A stretch of DNA of 64,000 bases from Macrostomum lignano (lineage: Eukaryota): assembly GCA_002269645.1 (NCBI GenBank), contig NIVC01000201.1, forward strand, positions 727,734 to 791,733, written 5' to 3'. A model generated the notes under the pieces. The model was given only the letters and a program-made list of their open reading frames with translations, was not told the DNA's origin and searched no databases. Positions 47,449 to 60,700 of this stretch are shown here, piece by piece; position 1 is the stretch's first letter; each line of letters begins with the position of its first letter. The position numbers were made by a program, and so were the translations under genes.

Positions 47449-49012
47449 AATGTTGCTGAATATAAGTATCTCAGATACATCGCTCTAGGGTGGCAGCTTT
47501 CAATGTTTCTGAATATAAGTATCTCAGATACATCGCTCTAGGGTGGCAGCTTTCAATGTTTCTGAATATAAGTATCTCAGATACATCGCTCTAGGGTGGC
47601 GGTTTTCAATGTTGCTGAATATAAGTATCTCAGATACATCGCTCTAGGGTGGCAGCTTTCAATGTTGCTGAATATAAGTATCTCAGATACATCGCTCTAG
47701 GGTGGCAGCTTTCAATGTTTCTGAATATAAGTATCTCAGATACATCGCTCTAGGGTGGCAGCTTTCAATGTTTCTGAATATAAGTATCTCAGATACATCG
47801 CTCTAGGGTGGCAGCTTTCAATGTTTCTGAATATAAGTATCTCAGATACATCGCTCTAGGGTGGCAGCTTTCAATGTTTCTGAATATAAGTATCTCAGAT
47901 ACATCGCTCTAGGGTGGCAGCTTTCAATGTTGCTGAATATAAGTATCTCAGATACATCGCTCTAGGGTGGCAGCTTTCAATGTTTCTGAATATAAGTATC
48001 TCAGATACATCGCTCTAGGGTGGCAGCTTTCAATGTTTCTGAATATAAGTATCTCAGATACATCGCTCTAGGGTGGCAGCTTTCAATGTTTCTGAATATA
48101 AGTATCTCAGATACATCGCTCTAGGGTGGCAGCTTTCAATGTTTCTGAATATAAGTATCTCAGATACATCGCTCTAGGGTGGCAGCTTTCAATGTTTCTG
48201 AATATAAGTATCTCAGATACATCGCTCTAGGGTGGCAGCTTTCAATGTTTCTGAATATAAGTATCTCAGATACATCGCTCTAGGGTGGCAGCTTTCAATG
48301 TTTCTGAATATAAGTATCTCAGATACATCGCTCTAGGGTGGCAGCTTTCAATGTTTCTGAATATAAGTATCTCAGATACATCGCTCTAGGGTGGCAGCTT
48401 TCAATGTTTCTGAATATAAGTATCTCAGATACATCGCTCTAGGGTGGCAGCTTTCAATGTTTCTGAATATAAGTATCTCAGATACATCGCTCTAGGGTGG
48501 CAGCTTTCAATGTTTCTGAATATAAGTATCTCAGATACATCGCTCTAGGGTGGCAGCTTTCAATGTTGCTGAATATAAGTATCTCAGATACATCGCTCTA
48601 GGGTGGCAGCTTTCAATGTTTCTGAATATAAGTATCTCAGATACATCGCTCTAGGGTGGCAGCTTTCAATGTTGCTGAATATAAGTATCTCAGATACATC
48701 GCTCTAGGGTGGCAGCTTTCAATGTTTCTGAATATAAGTATCTCAGATACATCGCTCTAGGGTGGCGGTTTTCAATGTTGCTGAATATAAGTATCTCAGA
48801 TACATCGCTCTAGGGTGGCAGCTTTCAATGTTGCTGAATATAAGTATCTCAGATACATCGCTCTAGGGTGGCAGCTTTCAATGTTGCTGAATATAAGTAT
48901 CTCAGATACATCGCTCTAGGGTGGCAGCTTTCAATGTTGCTGAATATAAGTATCTCAGATACATCGCTCTAGGGTGGCAGCTTTCAATGTTGCTGAATAT
49001 ATGTATCTCAGA
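47449..49012. repeat. Minisatellite, 53 bp unit with the internal palindrome GTATCT-C-AGATAC
   Basis: About 29 near-identical copies, no spacers. Confidence 0.97.
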
Positions 49013-49839
49013 TCCATTGCGCACCGCGAAAGCTCCCAGCTCTCAGCAAAATCCCCAAACCAAAGCCCCCTTGTTTTACAGTCTCCATTCCCGCTGAGGC
49101 GAACTGTACTCAATACCCGGCTAATTGCCGGGCTGTAATGACCAACCAACCTACAAAGTCAGTCGGATTGCTAAGCCGGCTCTCCTCTCGATCACTGCAC
49201 CGCTTCCTCCGCCGCAAAGAAATCCGAGACTGACTGATTTGAGCGAGCTGTTTTTCACGCGACACTGCATGGCTACATGACTAGGGAGAAGCAGAGTTAA
49301 TGAGCTCATGGACACCGAGTGAGCAGGCGGGCTAATCTGCGGCCGCTCAGGGCTAATGACCGGCCGAAGCTTGGGAAGAAAGTAAATGAACAAGTCGGGA
49401 AAAAGGCGTTTAAAAGCCGGCTTGCAATCTTTGTCTACGAATTTCCATGGGTAAAGCGATTTGAAAGAGCTCAAAACCTCCATATCCCAGTTGAGCACAG
49501 AGTTTTCTAAACAATTGACGGACGCAAGTCTTTTTTATTCTTGCATTTTTCTAATGAAAACAGAAACATTGCTATCATTTTAACGAAAATCAGGTACTAT
49601 ACTTACTCAATACTAGGGACGTGAATCGAAAAAATTAGAGGCCAAGGACCTTCATATCTTCTTATCATATCGCTTGCAGTCAGTGAATTTGTGTCTGTGG
49701 TAAAGTCCTATCCAAGTACGCTCGTAATGCTTTTCGAGGAATACTTATTGATCAATAGATTAGCCTCCAACTGTTGTCGTTTCCCGTCCCTAGTATTGAG
49801 TAGTCCCTGCAGGACGAAAATGAACAAATATGAACACCC

Positions 49840-50362
49840 ATATTTGAGCCCCGCACTCCCAACACCATTGAGTCCCGCACTCCCAACACCATTGAGTCCC
49901 GCACTCTCAACACCATTGAGTCCCGCACTCTCAACACCATTGAGCCCCGCACTCCCAACACCATTGAGCCCCGCACTCCCAACACCATTGAGCCCCGCAC
50001 TCCCAACACCATTGAGCCCCGCACTCCCAACACCATTGAGCCCCGCACTCCCAACACCATTGAGTCCCGCACTCTCAACACCATTGAGTCCCGCACTCTC
50101 AACACCATTGAGCCCCGCACTCCCAACACCATTGAGCCCCGCACTCCCAACACCATTGAGCCCGCACTCCCAACACCATTGAGCCCCGCACTCCCAACAC
50201 CATTGAGCCCCGCACTCCCAACACCATTGAGCCCCGCACTCCCAACACCATTGAGTCCCGCACTCTCAACACAATTGAGTCCCGCACTCTCAACACCATT
50301 GAGTCCCGCACTCCCAACGCTCCAACATCATTGAGTCCCGTACTTCAACACCATTGAGTCCC
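49840..50362. repeat. Minisatellite, 24 bp unit (ATTGAGCCCCGCACTCCCAACACC); isolated copy near 50615-50645
   Basis: Tandem array. Confidence 0.95.
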
Positions 50363-50804
50363 ACTGAACACACTAAAATAGGGGTCAAATAACGCGTAGG
50401 CACACCAAGACAGGTTTCTGGCTCGTTTGTCTTCGTCAGTCAGCCACAGTTACGCGCCGTCCTTTCCCACCACTTTTAGTGTGCAGACGTATCTTTTATG
50501 CTGTAATTTCTTCTATGGCGACATTTTCGAGCTATGCGAGGGATTTAACGATTCAAATCTTTATTATCTGTCTACTTTTCTCGGTAGCATAAATTTGAAT
50601 CTCTCACACCACATTCCAACACCATTGAGTCCCGCACTCCAACGCGATGATACGAGCGTAGTTATAGATGCAGAACTACAACGTAATAAAGATAATAGGC
50701 TTGTGACAAGCACTGCTAAGTACGAGTATAAAGTGTGGTTTAAGAAGACGGAACCTCAGTCAAATCTTCATTATTCAGTTTGAGTTTCAGGCAGAAAATA
50801 GAAG

Positions 50805-53800
50805 TCAGCGCGGTGCGCGGCAGAGCGGCTGATGGTCGTAGACTTCCTCGGCAGAGTCAAACGCCCGAACGCAGAGCCAGCAGAAGTGACAATGACACCT
50901 GGTGCAGGTCATGTGATTGCAGCCGGCATTTTTCTCGATGTGCACCCGGCACCGCGGGCACTGCTTGCGATTGCGCGAATCAGCGGTCAGCCACGTCTGC
51001 GGGAAATCCGGTTTGCGGAATCGGTAGTACGAGCTCGTATTTTGCTTGCAGATCTGGGAGAAACGGCATGCTCTCGAGCTTCTACTTACAGTACGAAGCT
51101 TGGTAATGAGCGGGAGCAGTTATAGTTGTGCTACTCTCTTATTTTATTTGCCCCACTTAGCGCCTGTGTGTGTGTCCATCTCCTGCTTGTCTGCCTTAGT
51201 GTCTGAGAGTCTTTGTGTCTTAGAGCTTAGTCATAAATTCTGTTTTAGTATCCGCCCATCTTAGTGCCTGCAACAGTGTTAGTCTGTCAAAACAAACACG
51301 ATGCACAACACGAAAAGCCTCAAATGCCAAACAGGCTACTAGCAGTAGCTGCTGCAGCCAATCAGAACAAACTTGAAGTCCGTAGTCCGGATTCGCCCTG
51401 ATCTCCTTGGCGGTCTCGCAGGTCAAGCCGACGTGGCTGAAGTATTGACAACTGAAATTACGGAAAAGATACCATTTGAAAAGAATTCGAAATTTACTAG
51501 CAGAAGCAATTTTATTCGCGAGAGGCTGCTCACTCCAGACAGAAGGTTCCACGACAGACTTTGCAGCGGCTCTCCCTGACGGCGGCCTCTTTGAAATCGC
51601 GCAGCAGGCCGGGACAGTCGGGCGCCGGGCAGAACTGCAGACAGCTGGCCGGTAAATTTACGTGACTCTTCAGGGCGGGTCCGAGGAGGCGGCGCATCAG
51701 CTGCTCTCGTTCGGCTGGGCTGGGCGCGCGGTCAAGGATGTCCTGTGCCACGTGGAACGGTCGGCCACAGCCCTGAGCAGGTCCGAGACAAAGGTGAAAG
51801 TGTGGAAAATGGGATGAGACACGGAGGATGGGAAGAGGGATTATATTAGAGAAGAAATTATCCATTCGAGCCTCACCTCAGCAGCACACAGCAGAGGCAC
51901 ATCGGTAGTGGAGGCCAGCTGCAGGTCCAGGCAATCGGTGCAGTAGACGTGACCGCACAATGCCAGGGTGGTGGCGGCCTCAGTGCCCGCTGGCGCGAAG
52001 CACACGGGGCACTCCAGCTTCACGGTGCCAGGCACAGCAACCGTTGTGGCGTTCAGAGCCGCCGCAGCAGCCGCGGCGGCCGCTTCCTCTTCGGCCAGAC
52101 GCTCAACGGCCTCAGCGGCGGCGGCCACAGCGTCGGCGTTCACTCCAAACAGAGTCAGCGTCCTGCTGTCGCCTAGGTCGAGCTCGGCGGTGACGGACTC
52201 GTCGCCCAGTTTGGACAAATCCCTGCCGAATGTCTTCAATAGGCGACGGATGAGGCTGCGAGGGCGATGAGCGCCAGCCAGAGAGAGTTCGCGCAGGCTG
52301 AGTGCCTCTCGCTCTGACAAGTAGCTGGGGAGTTCAAAGATTATTTTAAGTATCAAACAGGACTGCGTGTACTTCTAATAATATCGGCTACTATGGTTTG
52401 TATTTAACAGGTGAGCACGTGACTACGGCACGACCACAGCAACTGGTTTGCTATGCGTATACATTGTCTAACGGTGAAAATACCGTTCCTCGAATACCTA
52501 TGCGAGTGTATGTACTCAGAGTAAGTTAGTGGAAGAAGCATTTTGAGCATCTATATTTGTATTTGAAAGTAAGATTTGAACTCGCAATAGGCCCAGATGG
52601 ATTTCTTAATACTCTTCGTCACCTGGTAAACGAAGTTCTGATCAACTTTTAGATTGAGTGTAATTAAATTTTAGCAGACACCCCACAAAAATTCCAACAG
52701 TGTTCTTTCCCTTGCGTACGACTTGCTTGCCAAGCTGTAACCAAAACAAAGTATAAATATAAGCTACTGTCCTAAGCAAGTTACAACCTTCCAACATCTC
52801 CTTAGTTCACACTTTAACGGATGCTACAAACTAACAATTCGCAACATTTTTATCAAAATTTCGCTTCACATTCTTTGCTTGCTGCTCTTCGATAGGCGAT
52901 TACTAAGGGTTGACAGTCCCGAAAATTTATACGGAGCTAAATTAATTAACTATTTAATCGTTCACTTACTTGTTGATGATAATCTGGCACCGGCTCTTGA
53001 CCGAGTCGGTACCGTAGATGCTCAAGCACTCGCGCCGCCTGTCGAATATGGCGTGTGACAGTTCCGGAAGACGTTTACGCAGCTCGGACTCCGACCTGGC
53101 CAGCAGAAGGCTTCTGAGAGCGTCATTCCTGCTGCAGTCCAGCTCGTACGGCATCAGCGACTTTCTCAGGTGCTGATAGGTGAAGGACCAGGTGGTGACA
53201 TCCTGTGTGTCGACGTCAATTTTTACCTTTTTCACTTCGACTCCACGATGTTTCTCACGGTAGTCCGTATTTATATTAATTGACACGGGGTTAACTCGCA
53301 GCATATTTTGAATAGCAGTAGGGAACAGCGAACTCCGCACCTCAATGTCCCGCTTCACTTCAAGCAGTAGCGGCTCTGAGGCGGAAAAAATTTCGCTGGA
53401 AACAATTAGCGGAGGAAAAATTAACTCGAACTTTGAGCCAGCGAATGCGGACGCCTTGTAAGCATTTTGCTTTGCCAGGAATATACTTTTTCGTTCTCGG
53501 CCGCGAACGGGTAACCATGCGACCAATTAGACAGATTTGCCAAAGCAAAACCTTTCAGCTGTTTAAACTCCCTAGCAAACACAATGTAGTCGTCATCGTA
53601 TCTGAAACAAATCGTCACTTGCCAGTCAAAGAAGCCAGAATTGGGTGGATCTCGAATCCCAAATTGATAGTTTTCTTCGTCATCTACAAATTCCGAACTG
53701 AATACGGCTCTTAAAATTTCAAGCACTCGCGCGCCAGCGGCCTCCTTTGATAGGGCATTATCTTGGTGCTCGCGGCGCATCGTAACTCTCGGGTTCATAG

Positions 53801-54274
53801 AGTCCAGCAGCACAGCAGAGCGAGCAAGCTCATTAGCAATAACATCTTCATCGATCCATAACGGCACGTCAAAAATGATTAGCTTTTCAGGATCTCTCTT
53901 GTCAAGGGCCATTTTACTTGCCCAAAAGCTGTTGTTGAGTGACAGAGAAGTTACGCGTTCAAGAACGCTGCTAGCATCTTCCGGATTGTCGAATGAAACA
54001 TTGGCAAAACCTGTAGGGTACCGGCGAGGAAAAGTGAGCCGCAGCTTCAGCTCGTTTAAGTCGCAGGTTTGCTGTCTGTCCGTGCTATTAGAGTACGAAT
54101 GTGGCTTTATCTGGGCTAAATACGCCACCTCAGATGCATTTAGCTTTTCAACTAGTTTCTGAGCGACGACTGGCGACTCGGCTATCAGAAACTTGCCCTT
54201 TTCGTTAACTTGAATTTCACCGAATTCGTGACCGTACTTTGTAGCAACGGCGTTGAGCAACGGGATTGAAATAG
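50805..54274 (-). pseudogene. 3' part of an RBR (RING1-IBR-RING2) E3 ligase gene preceded by RRM/KH-like region, disrupted by a Polinton insertion and one frameshift; exons <54274-52970, 52324-51877, 51772-51534, 51451-51373 and 50996-50805
   Basis: RING1 CPVC..CGHVYCTDC; IBR CPAPDC..CKVC..FCLD|CQYFSHVGLTC; RING2 CPRCRVHIEKNAGCNHMTC..C..HFCWLC. Introns are in phase. The frame changes near 53420-53520 and no N-terminus is present in the window. The layout resembles the C-terminus of DEAH-helicase-RBR proteins (inference). Confidence 0.75.
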
Positions 54275-55388
54275 AGTAGTAGGGGAAATGTGGACTCTGC
54301 CGCAGGAATTTCCGTGGGAAAACCACGGGCCTATAGTGTGTAAACATAGCGCCTATGTAAATGCATTGGTGGACTCTGCCGCAGGGAAAGCCACGGAATT
54401 TCCATGGGGGGGGGGTCGGAGAGCGAAATATACGGGCTTTTCATATGACCGATTCCAGGACCAGAATCGGTTCGAAGCTTTTCATATTGTCTGTTCCGTT
54501 TTCATAGTCGCGGTTCCAAAACCGCGATCCGATTCTGGAATTCGGTTCGAGAAATTTTCTCGATCTTTTATCGTATTTCTATAGAAACGAAAGGACGAAT
54601 TTGAAATAACATTTCAAACATTTCAAAAGAATACTAGTTTCTAGATTTTAAATGAAAATGTTTTTATCCTTTGAGAAGTAATTAAGCTAATTAGACAAAA
54701 AAAAGAAAAATTTGACGCTTTTCATTTTCCTACTACTCGATCTTCAATGAAAAAAGCCGAATAGAGCTCTATGTAAATGGATTGGTGGACTCTGCCGCAG
54801 GGGAAAGCAGCATAAGTTCCTGGGAAGCCCAAAACTGACTCTCTAAAAATAGTAAAAAACTTCTCTAGTGTACATTAGCCATAGTTAATTGAAAATTGGG
54901 CGAACCTGGCTTCCGATCTCCACAATATTTAAACTTTGTTGGCAGTGGGAATACATAGGCCTATGTTCATGAGTTCCTCCGCACTTTAGTACGAGTCTCG
55001 CAAATTGGACTGAATTTGTTGTGAAAGTGAGCTTGCAAAGCGCCGTTTATTGCCTTGTTATTGTTTTTCTTGATACTGCTGATTTGGCCGCGGGGAAGTG
55101 GGGTGCAGGTCTGGGGTGGAGGTCTTTAAAACTAACTGATGCACGGGACGGGGGGAATGTTATCAGTTTTATTATTATTATTGCTCAATAACGGTAAGAA
55201 AATAATTAGTGCATACACATATGTAACGTGTAAACATATCTGTATGTGTACATATAGGCGATATTGCCTGGTGATTTGAATATAAGGACTGAAAAATTCT
55301 ACTGAGCCATTAAAATATATTTTGTTGAGATTTAAACGGACTTCGAAATTTCAAATTTTCACAAAAACCCTTGATTAAATTTTAAACC

Positions 55389-56300
55389 ATGAGCCATTCT
55401 CGGTGCCCATCCTACGTTCATGAGGTGTGTGTCACCTGCAATATTAGTATGCTCGGTGGACTAAAGCACCATGTAGCGAATGAAGGCTGCAGTGTCACCC
55501 GATGGCTACTATGCCATGAATGCCAGTCCGTTGAGCTCTTCACCGTTAGAGGCCAAATCAAAAGGCATAAAAATCATTCGACTGTTAATTGGAGCTCTGC
55601 TGAAGACCGCGAGCAGGCACGCATTACTGCTCTGGAAGTTGCACGTCAAGAGGAACGCAACAGGGCGGCAGAACGCATTCGAGAGCCGGTGAGCACTTTG
55701 AGTCAAGTTATCACGAGCTTATGCGGCCGAGTAACGAACACTGGTGACCAGCCCAACGCCCAGCCTGCTGCTGCTTCTGCTGCTCTACTCGACGGTGATG
55801 TCGGAGCTCCCCTGCTTGATGCTGCTGATGGAGGTGGCACCCCTGACTTCGAGCTGAATGAGCTGGACACCGCTTTCTTCGAGAACCTCGATGGTGAGCC
55901 TGAAGCACAGGAGCAGCAAGAAATGCAACAGCAGCAGCAGCGGCGTGCAATCCCTGTTCCCGAAAAAAATATGGAGCGTGCCAGGATGCTGGCAGAAGTC
56001 AGCCTGTCCGACGTGATTCGCGATATGGACTCAGGCCCTGCGCCTCCACCACCACCACCACCGACTGAGGTTCAGCCTGCGGCCGAAGTCAGCCTGTCTG
56101 ACCTGATTCGCGATATGGACTCAGGCCCTGCGCCTGCACCACCGCCACCACCGACTGAGGTTCAGCCTGCGGCCGCTAATGAAGTGCAGCAGCCAGCACC
56201 TCTCTGCATCCAGCTGGTTCTGCCCAACAGTGTTACGGGTGAATATTGGATTGACTTGGGAGGGGCTTTCCGTATTCGCCTGAGCAATTCTCAATTCTAA
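55389..56300 (+). CDS. Polinton accessory protein of unknown function (Cys/His N-terminus, coiled coil, duplicated Pro-rich segment)
   Basis: Intronless 303 aa ORF with a real ATG; CVTC...HH...CHEC; AEVSLSD.IRDMDSGPAPPPPPP.TEVQPA occurs twice. Confidence 0.65.
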   Translation: MSHSRCPSYVHEVCVTCNISMLGGLKHHVANEGCSVTRWLLCHECQSVELFTVRGQIKRHKNHSTVNWSSAEDREQARITALEVARQEERNRAAERIREPVSTLSQVITSLCGRVTNTGDQPNAQPAAASAALLDGDVGAPLLDAADGGGTPDFELNELDTAFFENLDGEPEAQEQQEMQQQQQRRAIPVPEKNMERARMLAEVSLSDVIRDMDSGPAPPPPPPPTEVQPAAEVSLSDLIRDMDSGPAPAPPPPPTEVQPAAANEVQQPAPLCIQLVLPNSVTGEYWIDLGGAFRIRLSNSQF

Positions 56301-57086
56301 ACTAATGATTCTAATGTACCAGTCGTTAAATATTAAATTAGCAAACATTCTGTGTTGAATTAAATTGCGAGATGATTATCTGTATATTGCAAAAGTGAAT
56401 AATATTTATTTTTCTTTTCAACATCTCATTGCTATTTTTAAAGTTCATATTTATGCAGGCAGTGCGCGTTGATCAAGCTGTGCTTGGGTGTGAATGCAGA
56501 TTGGGTTTGATTCTGTTTGGGTTTGTAATCTCCTTCTTTAACTTGTGCTTCTAATAATGTAGCGTATCATTGCTTTTTTAAAATATAAATTTTAAAGCGC
56601 AATGAAGCGCTGAATTTTGGAAAAGTTTGCAGCTTTGAGTTATTTTGAAATATTTTTAGAATTCGTTTTATAAGACCCTTTTATTAAACCCTTTTATTAG
56701 ACCCTTTATTAGACCCCGAAATTTGACACGTAACGACAAGACCCGAAGTACAACTTTCGAAAATATGTACACTTAATACGAGCGTATATCCACAAATTAG
56801 GGATTTAAATTTACTTTTGCAAGAAAAAATAATTTCACAAATATGTATTTCAGCAAATTTCCTCATCTAATTCTCATCGAAAATGCTCTAAGCCGTGTCA
56901 TCAACCGAACCGAGATGCCTTCTTCGAGAGAAACTTCATCATCATCATCAGCAAGTGATCGGCCGCTTGAGTCTACCAATTTTGCTATCGAAATCGAACC
57001 AACCAGTGAGTCAATCCAATGTGATTAGTAAAGCCAGTAAAGTAGACTCTTCCCTCTATAAGTACAAGAAAAAGTAGTCATAAAAC

Positions 57087-57655
57087 CCGATTCCTGATTC
57101 GCCGATTCACCGATTCCCGATTCCCGATTCACCGATTCACCGATTCACTGATTCCCGATTCCTGATTCACTGATTAGCGATTCACCGATTCCCGATTCAC
57201 GGATTCACCGATTCCCGATTCACCGATTCACCGATTCACCGATTCACTGATTCCCGATTCACCGATTCACTGATTCCCGATTCACCGATTCACTGATTCC
57301 CGATTCACCGATTCACCGATTCACTGATTCCCGATTCCTGATTCACTGATTAGCGATTCACCGATTCCCGATTCGCCGATTCCCGATTCACCGATTCCCG
57401 ATTCGCCGATTCCCGATTCACCGATTCCCGATTCGCCGATTCCCGATTCACTGATTCCCGATTCACCGATTCACCGATTCACTGATTCCCGATTCCTGAT
57501 TCACTGATTAGCGATTCACCGATTCCCGATTCGCCGATTCCCGATTCGCCGATTCCCGATTCACTGATTCCCGATTCCTGATTCACTGATTAGCGATTCA
57601 CCGATTCCCGATTCGCCGATTCCCGATTCACTGATTCCCGATTAACCAATTCCCG
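57087..57655. repeat. Composite 7 bp-based repeat (CCGATTC / ACTGATTC variants) upstream of pPolB
   Basis: Tandem array. Confidence 0.9.
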
Positions 57656-57729
57656 CACCATAATGAGGTGGAATTAGGAATATGATTTATAAATTTTAAC
57701 TGTCGAGTGAAACGCGTACATCCAACAAC

Positions 57730-60700
57730 ATGCTAATTCATGCAGGCATTCAATTCAGCTCGGCTATTCACGCTAGTGCGCATGATGACACGCTGCAGGT
57801 CAGACGCTTCACTCCAGCATCAAGAGATCTCGAGCCATTTCATTTTTTATCATCAACGAAGTTTGCAGTGCTACAGGCTGTTGAGATGAGATTCGATTCA
57901 TCCGAGAATAATTCTATTCGAGCGCAGCTTAAGTTCAACATCAGAATGGTGAGAATCAAGGAAGCTGCGGTAATCAATGCAGAAGATAAGTGGATCGCAT
58001 GCGGTCTTGAGCTTCTCTCTGATCTAAGAGATTTTGAATTGTGGTGGTTGCAGCAGTTTTCTGAGCTGGAACGCAAGATTGATGCCTACAATTCAAATGG
58101 GAGCGGTTGGATGGTTGAGCAAATCAACTATTTTGATCTGTGCTCTGCCCTCACTGATCGCATTCGCTACTATCGTGGACGATGCGCGAATTTTACTTTG
58201 CCCAATCAGCTGGCGGTTAAGAAGGCCATAATCAACCCACCGAGCGATGGAAACAATTGCTTTCTGTTTGCCTGTCTCGCTTACCTGCACATCAGAGATC
58301 CTGGTGTGATGAAGTCTTGCCATCGACTAACAACTTACAGCAGATGGTTGGATGAAATCGATCTGAGCGGCATCGCACTACCAGTCGCAATTTCCGATTT
58401 AAACGTTATAGAGGAAAATAATTCCGAAATCTGTTTCACAGTTTTTAGCTGGGAAGATGATGAGGCCTATGTCATTCGCCAGCCTCTTCCTGGGATTTGT
58501 GCCTCTCGCAAGGTTATTCCTCTACTCTTGCTTCGCAACTCCAGCTCCGATGATGCTGATGATGATGGTGGTGGTGATGAGAATTGTGGGACTGGACACT
58601 GGTGTGCAGTTTCGAACCTGGACCGGCTCCTGAACAGCAAAAAAGGTCTGAGGAATCGCAAATGGTGTGAGAAGTGCATTTCTCCGTTTCGATCCCAGGA
58701 AGAGTTGGAGCAGCATCGAGACAGCTGCAATCCTCAACTGAAACCAGCCATCATGGAGCGCATGCCTGATGCAAGTAGCAACACAATGCAGTTCATGGCT
58801 TGGGAAAAGACAATCAGTCCCCCATTTGTTGTCTACGCAGATTTTGAAGCTCTGAACACCCCACGTGAACCAGTGGAGTCTGAAAGAGAAGTTACTGTCA
58901 CCAAGTTAACTGAGCATGTACCTGTAGCTGCTGGCTACATTGTTATTCCAAGAGAGGGTATGAGCAGCAAAATTCTGAGGCCGAGTGAGGATGTTTTCCT
59001 CTGCAGCGGACCCAATCCGAATTCTGTCGTGAAACAGTTTTTGGCCTCACTCGAACGTCTTGCTCGTGAAGTTTATGGTTGGAATACCGAGTTTAGTCAT
59101 CAGATTGCTGACAGAAACAGAGATGACAACAGGCGCAGCTTTCAAGATGCCCCACAGTGCTATTTATGCAATGCAGTGTTTATTTCATCTTCTGACAAGC
59201 ACTGGGATCACGACCACCTCAGCGGTGAATACAAGGGTGCTGCCTGCGCTTCGTGTAACAAGCTTGCTCGGCTAAAACGGCGATTTTTGCCAATAGTTTT
59301 CCACAATCTTCGCGGATATGACCTGCATTTGATTTTCTCAACTGCGCTGGGTGACATGACTGGTTGGAGGGTGAGCGTCATCCCCCAAACTGCCGAGTCG
59401 TACCTCTCCATGAGGGTCGAGTTCCAGATTGATGAGTATGAGAAAGATGGCGTAAAAAAGCCCCTGTTTTTCACGCTACAATTCATCGACTCACTGCAAT
59501 TCCTACACAGCAGTCTATCTCAACTTATTAAGAACTTGCCGGAGGACAACTGTCCCATCACTAATGCGATGCGATCAAAGTATCCAAATCTTTCAAGCGA
59601 TGTACTGTTTAGTAAGGGAGTTTTCCCTTATGATTATCTCTCGAATTTGAATGTGCTTGATGATCGCCAACTACCAAAAGTAGAAAGCTTTTTTAACCGA
59701 CTCACCAACAGCCACTGTACCGAGGCGGAGTATCGGCATGCGCAGAAGGCCTGGACTGAATTCGAATCTACAACATTGCGCGATTACATGCTCTGCTACT
59801 TGGAGCTGGACATCAGGCAACTAGCAGATATCTTTGAGGGTTTCGAAGGCTGAGTTTGCAGGAAGACAAGCTAGATCCGGTGCATTTTGTGTCAACTCCA
59901 GGCCTATCATTCGCTTCTGCACTAAAGTCTTCTCAAGTCAAGATCGAACTGCTAACTGACCTCGAGATGTATAAAATGTTTGAAAAAGGAATTCGGGGTG
60001 GAATGTCTTTTGTCAATGTACATCATGTCCAGAGCGAAAGTAGCGATGATGATAATGAACCAGCAGGTAGGAGTTTACTGGCTGTTGATGCTAATAATCT
60101 TTACGGTCATGCGCTCACAATGCCCCTACCTGTTGGTGGCTTTCGCTGGCTCAGTCAAGAGGAGCTCTGCTCATGGTCCGAGTGCCGCTTTCTTTCCCTG
60201 GATGATGACGCTCCAATCGGCTACCTTGTCGAAGCGGATTTGCTCTACCCAGCCGAAATCCACACGGCAACGGAGGATCTTCCATTCGCCCCAGAGAAAA
60301 GGTGTCCGAATTTTGAAGAATTTCCGCAGTACATGCGAGAATTATGGGTACTGCTTCAACATGACAATGATCATTCTCAGCATCATCAGCAGCAGCAGCC
60401 CGACGCGAACACGACTGAGAATCCTACCGTTGCGCGCTACCGTGGAGTACAAAAATTAATGCTCACATGCCACAACAAGTTTTCCTATGTACTGCACTCG
60501 TTCTGCTCTCCGATTCTATCTATCGCACGGAATGAAGTTGCATGGGCTCCACAGGATGATCGAATTCAGGCAAGAACCTGTCTTCGCGGACTACATTAAG
60601 ATGAATAGCGAGAAGCGCTCTATGGCGAAAAATGATTTCGAGAAGGATTTCTATAAACTGAAAAATAACTCCCTGTTTGGCAAAACAATGGAGAACGTGC

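Noticed and set aside
47449-49012. 53 bp repeat with an internal palindrome as a possible CRISPR array
   Set aside because: There are no unique spacers and no cas genes, and the context is eukaryotic.
49151-49498. 115 aa minus-strand ORF
   Set aside because: It has no recognisable domain and no splice partners.
54275-54347. ATG at 54347 as the start of the RBR gene
   Set aside because: These codons lie inside the Polinton terminal sequence (reverse complement of AGTAGTAG gives the YY).
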